NCBI GenBank assembly: GCA_041687695.1
Contig: JAWLBL010000017.1
Coordinates: 96,001-160,000 of the forward strand
Direction of reading: 5' to 3'
Length of the DNA stretch: 64,000 nt
Source: Myxococcota bacterium
Lineage (GTDB): Bacteria; Myxococcota_A; UBA9042; PHBI01; JAWLBL01
Shown: positions 17,689-27,674 of the stretch, piece by piece
Position numbering within the stretch: the first letter of the stretch is position 1
Layout of the letters: every line of letters begins with the position of its first letter
Made by a program: the position numbers and the translations under genes
Notes under the pieces: model-generated
The model's input: the letters and a program-made list of their open reading frames with translations, nothing else
Told to the model about the DNA's origin: nothing
Databases searched by the model: none

Positions 17689-18433
17689 CGAAGCCGAAAT
17701 CGGCGATGCCCGCCACCACGCGCAGGCCGACCACCGCGCGGTGCCGGAGGAAGTCCTGCGTCGGGAGGATGAACGTCGACGGCTGGAGGGCGCCCTCGGC
17801 GAACGCGCCGAGGACGTGCGACTTGGCGTGGACGTACGTCAGCTCGTAGCCGGCGTACGGCGTCGTCTGGACGAGGCCGCCGATGCCGAACGTCCAGCTC
17901 AACATCAGGTCGCCGCCGGACGTGAGGAGGACGAGATCACGGTCGCCGAGGACCGTGTTGATGTGCGTTCGGAAGCCGAAGTCTGGCGCCTGGTGGTTGC
18001 CTTCGATGAAGGCCCACTTCAGCTCGAGGCCGACGCCCCAGATGTCCGACTCGTGCAGGTGGGAGACGACGCCGCCCAGCTCGAACGAGTAGGGCAGGCC
18101 CTTGCGCACGTGGAGGTGCGAGACCTGCAGCGCGCCTCCCGGCTCGCCTACCGCGTCGTTCCAGTAGTCCTTGGTCTCGTCGATGTCGACGAGGGCGATG
18201 CCGTAGGCGATGTCGATGCCGAGCCCACCCACGGTGCTGCCTGGCCCCGCGAACTTGGGGTGCATGGCGAGCGCGAGGTCGCCCACGAGAGACTGGAAGC
18301 CGGCCTCGTCGGTGCCGCCAGCGCCGCCGAAGGTCGACAGATCGAGCTCGTAGCGCTGCGCCTGGGCGGGCGTGGCCCACAGGATGGCGGCCGGCGCGAG
18401 GGCCGTCAGGGCGGAAAAGCGGAAGAACTTCAC
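17633..18433 (-). CDS. Putative outer-membrane beta-barrel protein
   Basis: Signal peptide ending AQA; alternating amphipathic beta strands; C-terminal YTFKVGLSL resembles a beta-signal; GTG start overlaps the upstream stop. Confidence 0.7.
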   Translation of the reverse strand: MKFFRFSALTALAPAAILWATPAQAQRYELDLSTFGGAGGTDEAGFQSLVGDLALAMHPKFAGPGSTVGGLGIDIAYGIALVDIDETKDYWNDAVGEPGGALQVSHLHVRKGLPYSFELGGVVSHLHESDIWGVGLELKWAFIEGNHQAPDFGFRTHINTVLGDRDLVLLTSGGDLMLSWTFGIGGLVQTTPYAGYELTYVHAKSHVLGAFAEGALQPSTFILPTQDFLRHRAVVGLRVVAGIADFGFEAGLGELQSYTFKVGLSL

Positions 18434-19074
18434 GCGTCTTCTCCACTCGGCTCGAGGCTACGCAGGCGCTCCTCGAGCTGCTCGACACGGCGTTCGAGCT
18501 CTGCGATGCGTCTATGGTTGACGTCGAAGTGGCCGAGCGACTGCACGACCAGGTTCCAGCGCTCTTCGAGCATCCGCTGCATGGTATCGAAGTTGCGCTG
18601 TGTGTTGTCCAGCCACTCGCGCAGGCCCTCGGGAGCCTTGGCGCGCGCCGCCCCTGGAGTCGTCTCCTGGGGCGGAGGCTCCGGAGCGGGCGCAGGCGTC
18701 GCGACGGCGGCCTCGCCGGCCTCGGCGCCTCGGGCGCGGAAGACCTTGCGCATGGTCTCCTCGGCCTCGCCGCGAAGCGTGGTGACCGGCTGCGTGATGT
18801 GGCGCTGGATGAAGTCGCCGCCGGTCTGGAACAGGCCTCGGATCGTCGACAGCGGCAGCGCCTTACGTTGCTGTCGCTCCTTGTCGAAGAGGATCTGTGT
18901 CAACGTGATCGTCGTCAGATCTTCTTTGGTCTGGTTGTCGATGATCTTCACTTCTTCGCCCGCCTTGACCAGGCTGGCGATCTCGTCGTGCGTGATGTAG
19001 CAGCTCTCCGACATGTCGTAGAGCTTGCGGTTGGCGTAGCGTTTGATCACGCGCGGCTTGCGCTTTTCGGCCAT
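18430..19074 (-). CDS. PhaR-family polyhydroxyalkanoate regulator DNA-binding domain protein
   Basis: RVIKRYANRKLYD..SCYIT...LV..GE.V.IIDN.T.EDLT...L.QI; C-terminal coiled coil. Confidence 0.87.
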   Translation of the reverse strand: MAEKRKPRVIKRYANRKLYDMSESCYITHDEIASLVKAGEEVKIIDNQTKEDLTTITLTQILFDKERQQRKALPLSTIRGLFQTGGDFIQRHITQPVTTLRGEAEETMRKVFRARGAEAGEAAVATPAPAPEPPPQETTPGAARAKAPEGLREWLDNTQRNFDTMQRMLEERWNLVVQSLGHFDVNHRRIAELERRVEQLEERLRSLEPSGEDA

Positions 19075-19160
19075 GGACACTCCGACTTCGCAGGCGCTCC
19101 CTATCTTGGAGCGTGCAAATGTCATGTCAACGGGTTAAAGCGCGCCGCAAGGAGGAGACG

Positions 19161-19616
19161 ATGCCCCTCGACAACGAACTGACGGAGCGGATGAAGGCCG
19201 CGATGAAGGCCCGGGACCAGCGGACCCTGGACGTCATCCGGATGATCAAGTCCCGCGTGAAGGAGCGCCAGACGGCGCCCGGCTTCTCGGGCGAGGTCGA
19301 CGACGCGCTGATCACCGACGTCATCGCGACCTACGTCAAGCAGATGGAGAAGGCGGCCGCCGAGTACGAGCGGCTCGGGCCCCAGGGCGCCGCGGCCGTC
19401 GAGCAGCTGCGCTTCGAGATCGACTACCTCAAGCCGTTCCTGCCCGAGAAGATGGATCGGGATGAGACCCGCGCGCTGCTGCGCGAGATCGCGGCGGCGC
19501 AGGGCATCACGGACAAGAAGCAGGCGGGGAGACTCGTTGGCGCGGCGATGAAGACGCACCGCGACCAGCTGGATCCGGCGCTCGCCCGGGAAGTGGCCGA
19601 CGAGCTGCTCGCCTGA
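19161..19616 (+). CDS. GatB/YqeY domain protein
   Basis: MKAAMKARDQ..L..IRMIKS...EI.YL..FLP..M...G..VG..MK; AAGGAGG RBS. Confidence 0.9.
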   Translation: MPLDNELTERMKAAMKARDQRTLDVIRMIKSRVKERQTAPGFSGEVDDALITDVIATYVKQMEKAAAEYERLGPQGAAAVEQLRFEIDYLKPFLPEKMDRDETRALLREIAAAQGITDKKQAGRLVGAAMKTHRDQLDPALAREVADELLA

Positions 19617-19638
19617 GGGGCGTCGCTGGCGGCCGGGT

Positions 19639-19848
19639 CACCCGCGCGGGGACCGGCCGCCATCCCTAACCAATGGCAGGTCGCGCAGAGCCCGTAGATC
19701 TCCATTTCGTGGTCCTGGATCTCGAAGCCGGGCTCGCGCGCGACACCCGCGTGGGGACCGGCCGCCGTCCCCCACTAGCGGCAGGTCGCGCAGAGCCCGT
19801 AGATCTCCATCTTGTGATCCTGGATCTCGAAGCCGTGCTCGCGCGCGA
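19639..19848. repeat. Tandem 105-bp duplication of the fur 3' end and downstream flank
   Basis: 19639-19743 versus 19744-19848, about 11 mismatches, in frame with fur. Confidence 0.93.
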
Positions 19849-20209
19849 TCTTCTCTTGCAGGGCCTCGATGGTCTCGTTGTGGAATTCGATGAGGCGGCC
19901 ACACCGCGTGCAGACCAGGTGGTCGTGGTGCTCGCCCTCCTCGGAGACCTCGTAGCGGGAGGCGGCGCCGCCGAAGCGCGAGCGGTTCGCGAGGCCGCTC
20001 TCGACCAGCAGCTTGAGTGTCCTGTACACGGTCGCCTGGCCGACGCCGCGGTCGATGGCGCGCACGCGCTCGTAGAGCTCCTCGATGTCGGGGTGGCCCT
20101 CGCCCTCGAAGAAGGCTTCGGCGATGACGCGGCGCTGGCGCGTCAACCGGAGCCCGTGCTCGGTGAGGTAGGCCTTGAGGCGATCTTCCCACTCGACGGT
20201 ACGAGTCAT
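19775..20209 (-). CDS. fur: Fur family metal-dependent transcriptional repressor
   Basis: LRLTRQR..I...HP..EELY...ATVYRTLKLL..HHDHLVC..CG...EF...H.MEIYGLC..C. Confidence 0.93.
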   Translation of the reverse strand: MTRTVEWEDRLKAYLTEHGLRLTRQRRVIAEAFFEGEGHPDIEELYERVRAIDRGVGQATVYRTLKLLVESGLANRSRFGGAASRYEVSEEGEHHDHLVCTRCGRLIEFHNETIEALQEKIAREHGFEIQDHKMEIYGLCATCR

Positions 20210-20928
20210 GGGGTTCCGTCCAGGGCGAGGTTGGCGGTGACGTCGGGGGGGCTCACGTGCTCCTGTCGCACCTCGATGGCCACGGCCTGAGGTGTTTGCC
20301 CGGTGAGGCGCCGCGTGCCCTCGAGACGGATGACGCCGTCCTGGGCCGCGCCGCTCAGATGCGCGATCGCGAGCCCCGTCCGGTCATGGGCGTGGATGAG
20401 CGTGACGACCTCGAGGGTGATGGCGCCGTCGTCGCCGGTGATGCGGGAGACCCCGGCGACGACCCGCTGGTCGTCGAGCGTCCAGTGAGCGCGCGTAGAC
20501 GTGCTGGCGCCGGGCGGGCGCTGGTGGGTCGCGAGGAGCGCCATCCCGAGCTGCAGGCGGGCGAGCTCGGGGCGCGCGTCCTCCGGCACCGTGCGTGCGG
20601 GCGACGGCCAGCCGGCGTCAGCATCGGTACGGAGCGCCACGTCCTCGAGCAGCGCTTCGATCTTTCGGACGAGGCTCGAGTCGCCCGGCGTCGGCTCGAT
20701 GAAGACGTCGTCGAGCTCGTAGGCGCCGCCGTCGGTCGGCACCAACGTGGCCGATATGGCGACGCGACGAGCCTCTGAGCCCTGGGCCCCGTAGCGCTCG
20801 ACGACGGTCACGCGCCGGCCGTGGGCGGGGCCGGTCGCCTCTGGGACGCCGCAGCCCAGGACGCCGAGGCAGGCGGCGGAGAGCGCTACGCGCCAGGCCG
20901 GCGGGCGCGTAGCGATGGGTAGGGTCAT
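20206..20928 (-). CDS. Hypothetical lipoprotein, translationally coupled to fur
   Basis: GGAG RBS; lipobox-like VLGC; ATGA overlap with fur. Confidence 0.55.
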   Translation of the reverse strand: MTLPIATRPPAWRVALSAACLGVLGCGVPEATGPAHGRRVTVVERYGAQGSEARRVAISATLVPTDGGAYELDDVFIEPTPGDSSLVRKIEALLEDVALRTDADAGWPSPARTVPEDARPELARLQLGMALLATHQRPPGASTSTRAHWTLDDQRVVAGVSRITGDDGAITLEVVTLIHAHDRTGLAIAHLSGAAQDGVIRLEGTRRLTGQTPQAVAIEVRQEHVSPPDVTANLALDGTP

Positions 20929-21100
20929 GGCAGGCTCCAAGAGGGTGGTCGGCCGCGTGGATGGTCGGTTATCAACGGTAGCGCGTGCGGTCAACTCTGG
21001 CGCGACCCGGCGGCCGGGCGCGGCGTGCTGGACGCTGGTGAGCGCGTGGAGGATGCTGCGTCTCGTTCGACCGGCAAGGCCCATGAGGCGGAGAGTGGGG

Positions 21101-21760
21101 GTGAAGAGCCAGCTGGCCAGGATCCTCGTAGGCGGCGCGCTGCTGGCGTTGGCGTCCTGCGCGACGACGGAGGCGACGACCCCCGCCGAGATCGCCGAGG
21201 CCCAGGTTTCGGCTTTGCGGGCCCGCGATCACGTCACCGCGTGGCGCTTGCTGAGCGAAGGAGGGAGGGCCCGGAACCTGCCCATGCCCGAGCCCGGAGC
21301 GCTCCCGACGGGCCATGCGCGCGAGGTGGAACGCGTGGCGCGGTGGGCGACGCCCGAGGGGCCGCTCGTTTTGGTGCGAGATGGCAACGGCTGGCGGCTG
21401 CGGGCGGGCGTCCTCGGCTTGAGCAGGGCGAGCACGCCGGCGCAGGCGCTGGAGACGCTGGCGCGCGCCATCGACGCCCGCGACTTCGACCTGATGTTGT
21501 CGCTGCTGCCGATGGAGGAGCGGACGCGCTGGACCGCCCGGGAGCTCGCTGCGGCGCTCGAGTCGCCGGCCGTTGCGTCGGCCTGGCGGGCGCTGGCCGC
21601 CCGCATCCGCGGGGAGGCGCCGACGCTGGCATGGCTCGACGCCGGGACACGCGTCCGAGCCGCATGGGGCGCCGACGTGGCGGTGGTTCTGGCGCGCGAG
21701 GAGGACGGTTGGAAGATCCTCGACGTGGAGCCGCGCCGTCCCTACACTGGCGCGCCTTGA
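21101..21760 (+). CDS. Hypothetical lipoprotein with two NTF2/DUF4878-like helix-strand units
   Basis: LASC lipobox; two repeats ending LV.(D/E)..GW(R/K); start uncertain. Confidence 0.6.
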   Translation: MKSQLARILVGGALLALASCATTEATTPAEIAEAQVSALRARDHVTAWRLLSEGGRARNLPMPEPGALPTGHAREVERVARWATPEGPLVLVRDGNGWRLRAGVLGLSRASTPAQALETLARAIDARDFDLMLSLLPMEERTRWTARELAAALESPAVASAWRALAARIRGEAPTLAWLDAGTRVRAAWGADVAVVLAREEDGWKILDVEPRRPYTGAP

Positions 21761-21773
21761 TGGGAGGGCCGCC

Positions 21774-23009
21774 ATGGCGTTGATCGTGCAGAAGTTCGGC
21801 GGGACCTCGGTCGGGTCGCCCGAACGCATTCGGAACGTGGCCAAGCGCGTGGCCGAGACGCGTCGTCAGGGCCACGACGTGGTGGTCGTCGTCAGCGCGA
21901 TGGCTGGTGAGACGAATCGGCTCGTGTCGCTCGCGTTCGAACTCGCGAAGAACCCGATCGGGCGCGAGTACGACGTCCTGCTCGCGTCGGGTGAGCAGGT
22001 CGCCATCGCGCTCGTCGCGCTGGCGCTTCAGCAGCTCGGGGTGCCGGCGCGCTCGTTCCTGGGGCACCAGGTGCGCATCGTCACCGACGCGACCCACGGC
22101 CGCGCCCGCATCGAGAGCATCGGGGTCCCCGTGCTCCAGGAGGCGCTCGGGCGCGGTGAGATCGCGGTCGTCGCTGGGTTTCAGGGCATGGACCGCGCCG
22201 GCAACATCACGACCCTGGGCCGCGGCGGTAGCGACACCACGGCCGTCGCCCTGGCCGCGGCGCTGAAAGCCGACGTCTGCGAGATCTATACCGACGTCGA
22301 CGGCATCTACACGGCCGACCCCAACATCGTGCGTTCGGCACGGAAGATCGATCGCGTCTCCTACGAGGAGATGCTCGAGCTCGCCTCGCTGGGCGCCAAG
22401 GTCCTGCAGACGCGGTCGGTCGAGTTCGCGATGAAGTACGAGGTCCCGGTCCACGTGCGGTCGAGCTTCAGCGACGCCGAGGGATCGTGGGTCGTCCCGG
22501 AGGACAAGACGATGGAGCAGGTGGTCGTTCGAGCGGTCAGCTACGACCGGAACGAGGCGCGGGTGTCGGTCATCGGGATCCCCGACCAGCCGGGCGTCGC
22601 CGCCCGGATCTTCAAGGCGCTCGCGGACGCCGAGATCGTGGTCGACATGATCATCCAGAACGCCTCGCAGGAGCAGGGGCGGACCGATCTCACCTTCACG
22701 GTCCCCAAGGCCGACGTCGCGCAAGCGCGCGACATCATCGAGGCGGTCGCCGGAGAGCTTGGTGGGGCGGGCGTCCGCACCGACACGGACATCGCGAAGA
22801 TCAGCGTCGTGGGCGTCGGCATGCGCAGCCACTCGGGCGTTGCGGCCAAGACGTTCGCCGCCCTGAGCGAGCTGGGCATCAACATCCAGATGATCTCGAC
22901 GTCCGAGATCAAGATCAGCGTCGTCATCGACGAGGGCTACACGGAGCTCGCCATGCGCGCGCTGCACAAGACCTTCGATCTGGACGCGCCGGCGTCGGCC
23001 CAGAGCTGA
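21774..23009 (+). CDS. lysC: Aspartate kinase
   Basis: [44 protein letters not shown], two ACT domains with STSEIKIS. Confidence 0.98.
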   Translation: MALIVQKFGGTSVGSPERIRNVAKRVAETRRQGHDVVVVVSAMAGETNRLVSLAFELAKNPIGREYDVLLASGEQVAIALVALALQQLGVPARSFLGHQVRIVTDATHGRARIESIGVPVLQEALGRGEIAVVAGFQGMDRAGNITTLGRGGSDTTAVALAAALKADVCEIYTDVDGIYTADPNIVRSARKIDRVSYEEMLELASLGAKVLQTRSVEFAMKYEVPVHVRSSFSDAEGSWVVPEDKTMEQVVVRAVSYDRNEARVSVIGIPDQPGVAARIFKALADAEIVVDMIIQNASQEQGRTDLTFTVPKADVAQARDIIEAVAGELGGAGVRTDTDIAKISVVGVGMRSHSGVAAKTFAALSELGINIQMISTSEIKISVVIDEGYTELAMRALHKTFDLDAPASAQS

Positions 23010-23061
23010 CGCTCTCCGGCTTCCGGGCGCCCAGCGGTTGGGGCTGCGGGCGCGACGGGCC

Positions 23062-24150
23062 TCACGGAGTCGGCGTCAGCTTCGCCAGCGTCGCCTTGAC
23101 CGGCTCGAGCAGGGCCGTGCCCAGCGTTGCGGCGTGGCCGGCCAGCCGCCAATGACCGTCGGCATCCCGCACGAAGCTCAGCGGGGGGCCATCCGTGGGG
23201 ATGACCTTGACGGCTCCGGAGGCCTCGTCGCCCTCGACGCGGTCGGGCGGGCTGTCGACGGACACCGGCGAGGCGAAGGCGTCCGAACGCGCCCAGGCCT
23301 CGTAGAGGGCGCGATCGCTGGCCGCCGTGACGTAGAGCGCCAGACCGTGCTCGGCGTAGGTGGCCTCTCGCTGCCGGCGCGCGGTCTTGCGTTGGAGGAC
23401 CTTCTGGGCTTCGCGTGAGGCCTGCAGGGCCTCGACGAGCACGGCGTGGGCCGGTGCGTCGAGCAGCGTATACAGGACGCCCGCGTCGCGGGGGCTCGCG
23501 TGGGCCGCCGCGCGAAGCAGGTTGTAGGCGCCTTGAGGCGTCCTGGGGTCCTTCGAGGCGATCCAGGCCTTTCGGTGCTCGTCGGCGGCAGCGAGCACGC
23601 CGTCCGCGTTCTGGCGGAGGGCCGCGATCCGCGGGTTCTGCTCGAACAGATCCATCACGAGGCGGGAGCGCCAGCCTTCTTCGGTGCGCTGGAAGGTGAA
23701 CTGCTCTCCCGCGGAGGTGTGGATGACGGCCGTGTCCCCGTCGATCACGGCGCCGCGCGTGCGCAGGCCATCGCGCGCCTCGTCGTCGAGGCGCATGGCC
23801 TTCTCGTCGAGCAGGGCGTCGAGGAGCCGCGGGCCCGCATCCGGGTCGTCGGTGGCCACCCCTGCGAAGAGCTGGGCGCCGAGCGCCGCACGGGCGCGCT
23901 CTCGATCTTCCCCCTCGTAGAGGCCATCGGCCGCGGCGAGCGCTTCGTGGACCCGCGCGTGCAGCGCGAGGATCTCTTCGCGGGCCTTGGGCGCAGACAG
24001 GGTCCACAGGGCGGTCATGTCGCCGCGCTCGAGCGCCTGCACGGTCTCGTCCAGGACGGTCGAGACGGCGACCTGCTCGGGATCGGGCTCGCAGGCGAGG
24101 ACGGCGAGCGCCAGGAGGGCCGTGGAGAGCGACTTCGCAAACGTGTTCAT
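23062..24150 (-). CDS. Hypothetical helical lipoprotein
   Basis: MNTFAKSLSTALLALAVLAC lipobox; coding-like codon use. Confidence 0.65.
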   Translation of the reverse strand: MNTFAKSLSTALLALAVLACEPDPEQVAVSTVLDETVQALERGDMTALWTLSAPKAREEILALHARVHEALAAADGLYEGEDRERARAALGAQLFAGVATDDPDAGPRLLDALLDEKAMRLDDEARDGLRTRGAVIDGDTAVIHTSAGEQFTFQRTEEGWRSRLVMDLFEQNPRIAALRQNADGVLAAADEHRKAWIASKDPRTPQGAYNLLRAAAHASPRDAGVLYTLLDAPAHAVLVEALQASREAQKVLQRKTARRQREATYAEHGLALYVTAASDRALYEAWARSDAFASPVSVDSPPDRVEGDEASGAVKVIPTDGPPLSFVRDADGHWRLAGHAATLGTALLEPVKATLAKLTPTP

Positions 24151-24383
24151 GGACGTCTCGCTAGTAGCACGGAGGCGCCGGCGGGCGCTCGAGCAGAGTG
24201 CCGGGCGGCGCGCCGATCGACAAGAGGCGCGGCGGCGTGCGTGGCGCCGGGTGACCGGCGCGTCATCCGCGGGCGCCGAGCCGTGCCTCGCAAGTCGGTC
24301 CGCCGCAAGGGGACGCCGTCGGTGACGTCGGCCCCGGACCCTCGGGTTGACACGGCCGACCGGGTCCGTGATACGCGGTCGGC

Positions 24384-24845
24384 ATGTCACGTGGACTGCC
24401 GATACTCACGGTGTTGATGGCCTGGTTGATGCTCGGGGGGTGCGCTCGGAAGGAGCCCGCGCCCGTCGAGGCGGTCGCGACGGTCTATTCCGCCCTGGCC
24501 GAGTACAGCTCGCGAGGCCGGCCCGGTCTGCTGGAGGTGGCCTACGATCACCTGGACAGCGGCACGCGAGCGAAGCTTCAGGCCCGAGCCAAGGAGGCGT
24601 CGGCGGCCACGGGCGTCGAGGTGCAGCCTTGGGAGCTCCTGGGGGCCCGCGGGATGGTGGGCGGCGACCGGGTCTCCGACGTCGAGCTGGTCTCGCAGAC
24701 GGGCGACGAGGCGCGCGTGTCGGTCAAGTTCGCCTGGTGGGTGCCCGAGCAGGCCGGAGGCAAGCCGCTGCAACCCGAGCCGGTCGAGGTGAAGGCCGTG
24801 CGCGAGGAGGGGCAGTGGCGCGTCGTCCTGCCGCTGCCGCTTTAG
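24384..24845 (+). CDS. Hypothetical lipoprotein (NTF2-like)
   Basis: LGGC lipobox; C-terminal VREEGQWRV. Confidence 0.7.
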   Translation: MSRGLPILTVLMAWLMLGGCARKEPAPVEAVATVYSALAEYSSRGRPGLLEVAYDHLDSGTRAKLQARAKEASAATGVEVQPWELLGARGMVGGDRVSDVELVSQTGDEARVSVKFAWWVPEQAGGKPLQPEPVEVKAVREEGQWRVVLPLPL

Positions 24846-24869
24846 GGCGAGAGGATGTGAGGAGTGGGC

Positions 24870-25739
24870 ATGGCCGGTCGACCGACGAAGAGGGACCGCA
24901 CCCGCTGGCTGGTGCGACGTGACGGCGCCGAGTACGGGCCGTATTCGACCGACCAGCTGCTCGAGGAGATCGCGCTCCGGCGGGTCGACCTGGGGACGCC
25001 GGTGTGTGACCTGGCGCGACGCGAGTGGAACCCGGCCGGCGAGCACGCCCCGTTTCGGGATCACTACGCCCAGTGCATCAAGCGCTGGGAGGTCGAGGCG
25101 CTCGAGGCCGACGTCGACAAGCACGAGCGCAAGCTCAAGGCGATGGACAACGTCAAGGGCGGCGCCTGGCGGCTGATGGTGGTCGGCCTGGTGCTGGCGA
25201 CGGCCCTGGGGAGCTGGATCGTCTGGCGGATCCTGAAGGCGGAGCCGACGGGGATCGCCGATGCCGTCGCCGTGCCGGAGCTGCCTGCGCTGCCCGACGC
25301 GCCCCAGCCGCGGATGACGGCGAGCGGGATCGAGGTCCTGGCGGCCGGGACCAAGGTCGCCGTGCTCAAGGAATACGAAAACTACGACACGGCGGGCGTC
25401 GGCTCGGAGGCGGGGGCCGCCGCGGCGGTGACGCGGTTCGACTTCGAGGGGGGCGAGGGCGGCGGGCTGGATCCGAGCACGCTCAAGCGCATTCTGGGCG
25501 AGGCCAAGGCGGGCCTGGTCGGCTGCGCCCAGCAGGCGGCCACGCGCTCGGCGTCGTTCAAGGGCACCAAGGTGACGTTCGTCGTCCGCTCGGGGCGCCT
25601 CGACAGCTTCACGGTGGGGCGCGAGGCGCTGTCGAACGCGCCGTTCAAGGCCTGCGTCAAGGGCGTGCTCAAGCGCGTCAAGGTGCCCAGGTTCGCGGGT
25701 TCGGACCACAAGGTCAGCTTCCCGCTGGTCGTGCAGTGA
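24870..25739 (+). CDS. GYF_2 + TM + AgmX/PglI (TonB-C-like) domain protein, GltJ/AgmX-like
   Basis: W.VRRDG.EYGPY...W.PAG (GYF_2); single TM; C-terminal C.....G....F.V.SG...ACV..VL......F......SFPL. Confidence 0.8.
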   Translation: MAGRPTKRDRTRWLVRRDGAEYGPYSTDQLLEEIALRRVDLGTPVCDLARREWNPAGEHAPFRDHYAQCIKRWEVEALEADVDKHERKLKAMDNVKGGAWRLMVVGLVLATALGSWIVWRILKAEPTGIADAVAVPELPALPDAPQPRMTASGIEVLAAGTKVAVLKEYENYDTAGVGSEAGAAAAVTRFDFEGGEGGGLDPSTLKRILGEAKAGLVGCAQQAATRSASFKGTKVTFVVRSGRLDSFTVGREALSNAPFKACVKGVLKRVKVPRFAGSDHKVSFPLVVQ

Positions 25740-25765
25740 CCGCGTGAGGGGAGGGCGGGTGGGCT

Positions 25766-26374
25766 TCACGGCGCGACCCGTCCAGCGTGCGGACCGACGC
25801 AGCTGGCCCATCGATCGCCGGCCACGACGACGTGGTCGTGCAGCTGCACGCCGAGGAGGCGCGCTCGCTCGCTGAGGTCGGCCGTCAGCTGGCGGTCGAG
25901 GCGGCTGGGCGTCACGTCACCGCTGGGGTGGTTGTGGACGAGGAAGGCGCCGGCCGCCCCGTCGACGACCAGAGGCCGCAGCACGTCGGTGGCGTCGATG
26001 GCGCAGTAGGAGCGGCCACCACGGGCGACGACGTGGCGCGACAGTGGGCGGAGGCCGGCGTCGGCGGTCAGGAGCCAGAGCTCCTCGACCGGCGAGATGG
26101 ACAGGGGCGCTGCCAGCCGGGCGACCTGCGCGGGCGAGAGCACGCTGGGAGGTGGCTCGGCGGCCATGGCGAGGGTCGAGAGCGCGAAGGCCGCCTCGAT
26201 GCGCTTGGCTTCGTCCGCCGAGATCGAGCCAACCCGTTCCAGGCGCTCGGCCGAGGCGAGGCGGAGGCGGTGGGGGCCGCCGATGGCGGCGAGCAAGTTT
26301 GCGGCGCGCTGGGAGGCGTCGCGCGGCTCGAGGAGCCGCGTCAGCGGCTGCAGGATGGCGGTCGAGGCGTTCAT
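25766..26374 (-). CDS. radC: RadC/JAB-domain protein
   Basis: EELWLL...LVHNHPSGDVTPS..D..LT......LLGVQLHDHVVV; N-terminal HhH-like segment. Confidence 0.88.
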   Translation of the reverse strand: MNASTAILQPLTRLLEPRDASQRAANLLAAIGGPHRLRLASAERLERVGSISADEAKRIEAAFALSTLAMAAEPPPSVLSPAQVARLAAPLSISPVEELWLLTADAGLRPLSRHVVARGGRSYCAIDATDVLRPLVVDGAAGAFLVHNHPSGDVTPSRLDRQLTADLSERARLLGVQLHDHVVVAGDRWASCVGPHAGRVAP

Positions 26375-26683
26375 GCCAAGGGCGATAGCAGGAAGCATGC
26401 CATCCGCGCGGGCCGGACGGACGGTGCCTGGACCGCGCGCCGCAGAGGGGCTGGGGAGCGGCCGCTGGGGTGTCCCACGGTGTCCCATGGATGGGACGGT
26501 TGGGACGGTTTGATACACCCACGCATGGGACAGTCGGGCCGCGAGGCGAGGGGCTGGCGAGGCGTCACAGATGCGGGCCGCGACCGGCCCGGGTGCCGTT
26601 GACATGCGATGGGCCCGCATGGTAGTTCGAGCCTGCCTTTGAGTGAGAAGTGTCGGTAAGTAAACGGATTTTCGGAGGGCGGC

Positions 26684-27586
26684 ATGCGCTTGACGAGCCT
26701 GCTCGGGTGTGTGGCGGTGCTGGTGCTGGCGGTGGGTTGCGGCGGTAGCCGTCAGTCGGGGATCTGCGGGGACGATCCGGTCCCGACGATGCAGGGCGAC
26801 GCGAGCGCGTTCGCCGCCGATGGCGACGCCGCCTGGGAGCAGCGCGGTGACGAGGCGCAGCTGCGCAAGGCCATCGAGTCGTGGTCCAAGGCGCTGCAGG
26901 TCGACCCGTCGCGCGCGGACCTGCGCGTGAAGTTGGCCCGCGCCCACTACTTCCTGGCCGACGGCTACCTGAGGTTCGACGAGGCCAACGCCGAGGAGAT
27001 GCTGCGGCAGTTCCAGGCGGGCACGAACCAGGCCGAGCTGGCGCTGGGGCAGAAGTATCCCGCCTTCCGCGGCAAGTACTGCGGTCGGCAGCCCTTCAAC
27101 ACCGCGCTCCGCGAGCTCGACAAGGGCGCCGTGCCGGCCATGTACTGGTACGCGACGAACCTCGGCAAGTACGCGCTGGCCAAGAACATCATGGAGGTCC
27201 TCAACCAGAAGGACCGCATCGAGGCCATGATGCAGCAGGTCCTCAAGCTCGAGCCGGGCTACTTCCACAACGCCGCGGACCGCTACTTCGGCGCGTTCTA
27301 CACCAAGATCCCGTTCCCCAACGGCGATCTGGCTCGCAGCGCCAAGCACTTCGAGCGCTCCATCGAGGGCTCGCCGACCAGCCTGTCCACCAAGGTGCTC
27401 TACGCCGAGATGAACGCGGTCAAGGCCAAGGACCGCGCCTTGTTCGAGCGTCTGCTGAACGAGGTCATCGCCTTCGACCTGTCGACCGAGCCCGCGCTGA
27501 AGGCCGAGAACGCGGCCGAGCAGCGCAAGGCCAAGCTCCTCCTCGAGGAGATCGACGTCTTCTTCGCCGACGCCTCCGAGGAGTGA
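26684..27586 (+). CDS. tatT: TatT-family TPR lipoprotein (T component of a TPAT-type TRAP transporter)
   Basis: AVGC lipobox; MYWYA.NLG; YF..AADRY.G.FY...P...GDL..S..HFER; PENxxEQxKA-like C-terminus; precedes dctPQM. Confidence 0.8.
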   Translation: MRLTSLLGCVAVLVLAVGCGGSRQSGICGDDPVPTMQGDASAFAADGDAAWEQRGDEAQLRKAIESWSKALQVDPSRADLRVKLARAHYFLADGYLRFDEANAEEMLRQFQAGTNQAELALGQKYPAFRGKYCGRQPFNTALRELDKGAVPAMYWYATNLGKYALAKNIMEVLNQKDRIEAMMQQVLKLEPGYFHNAADRYFGAFYTKIPFPNGDLARSAKHFERSIEGSPTSLSTKVLYAEMNAVKAKDRALFERLLNEVIAFDLSTEPALKAENAAEQRKAKLLLEEIDVFFADASEE

Positions 27587-27674
27587 GTCGCGCGAGGTGA
27601 AGACCGGGGGGCCGGAGCGCGTCGCTGCTCCGGCGCCGACGTCCGCGCCCGACCCGAGAACAAGGAGCCGTGAG

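Noticed and set aside
19639..19848. fur duplication (and the 67-bp repeats) as DGR template/variable repeats
   Set aside because: Mismatches are not adenine-specific on either strand, and there is no reverse transcriptase in the window
25766..26374. RadC/JAB gene as part of a defence system or mobile element
   Set aside because: No E1/E2, CD-NTase or mobility genes adjacent; looks like an ordinary chromosomal radC
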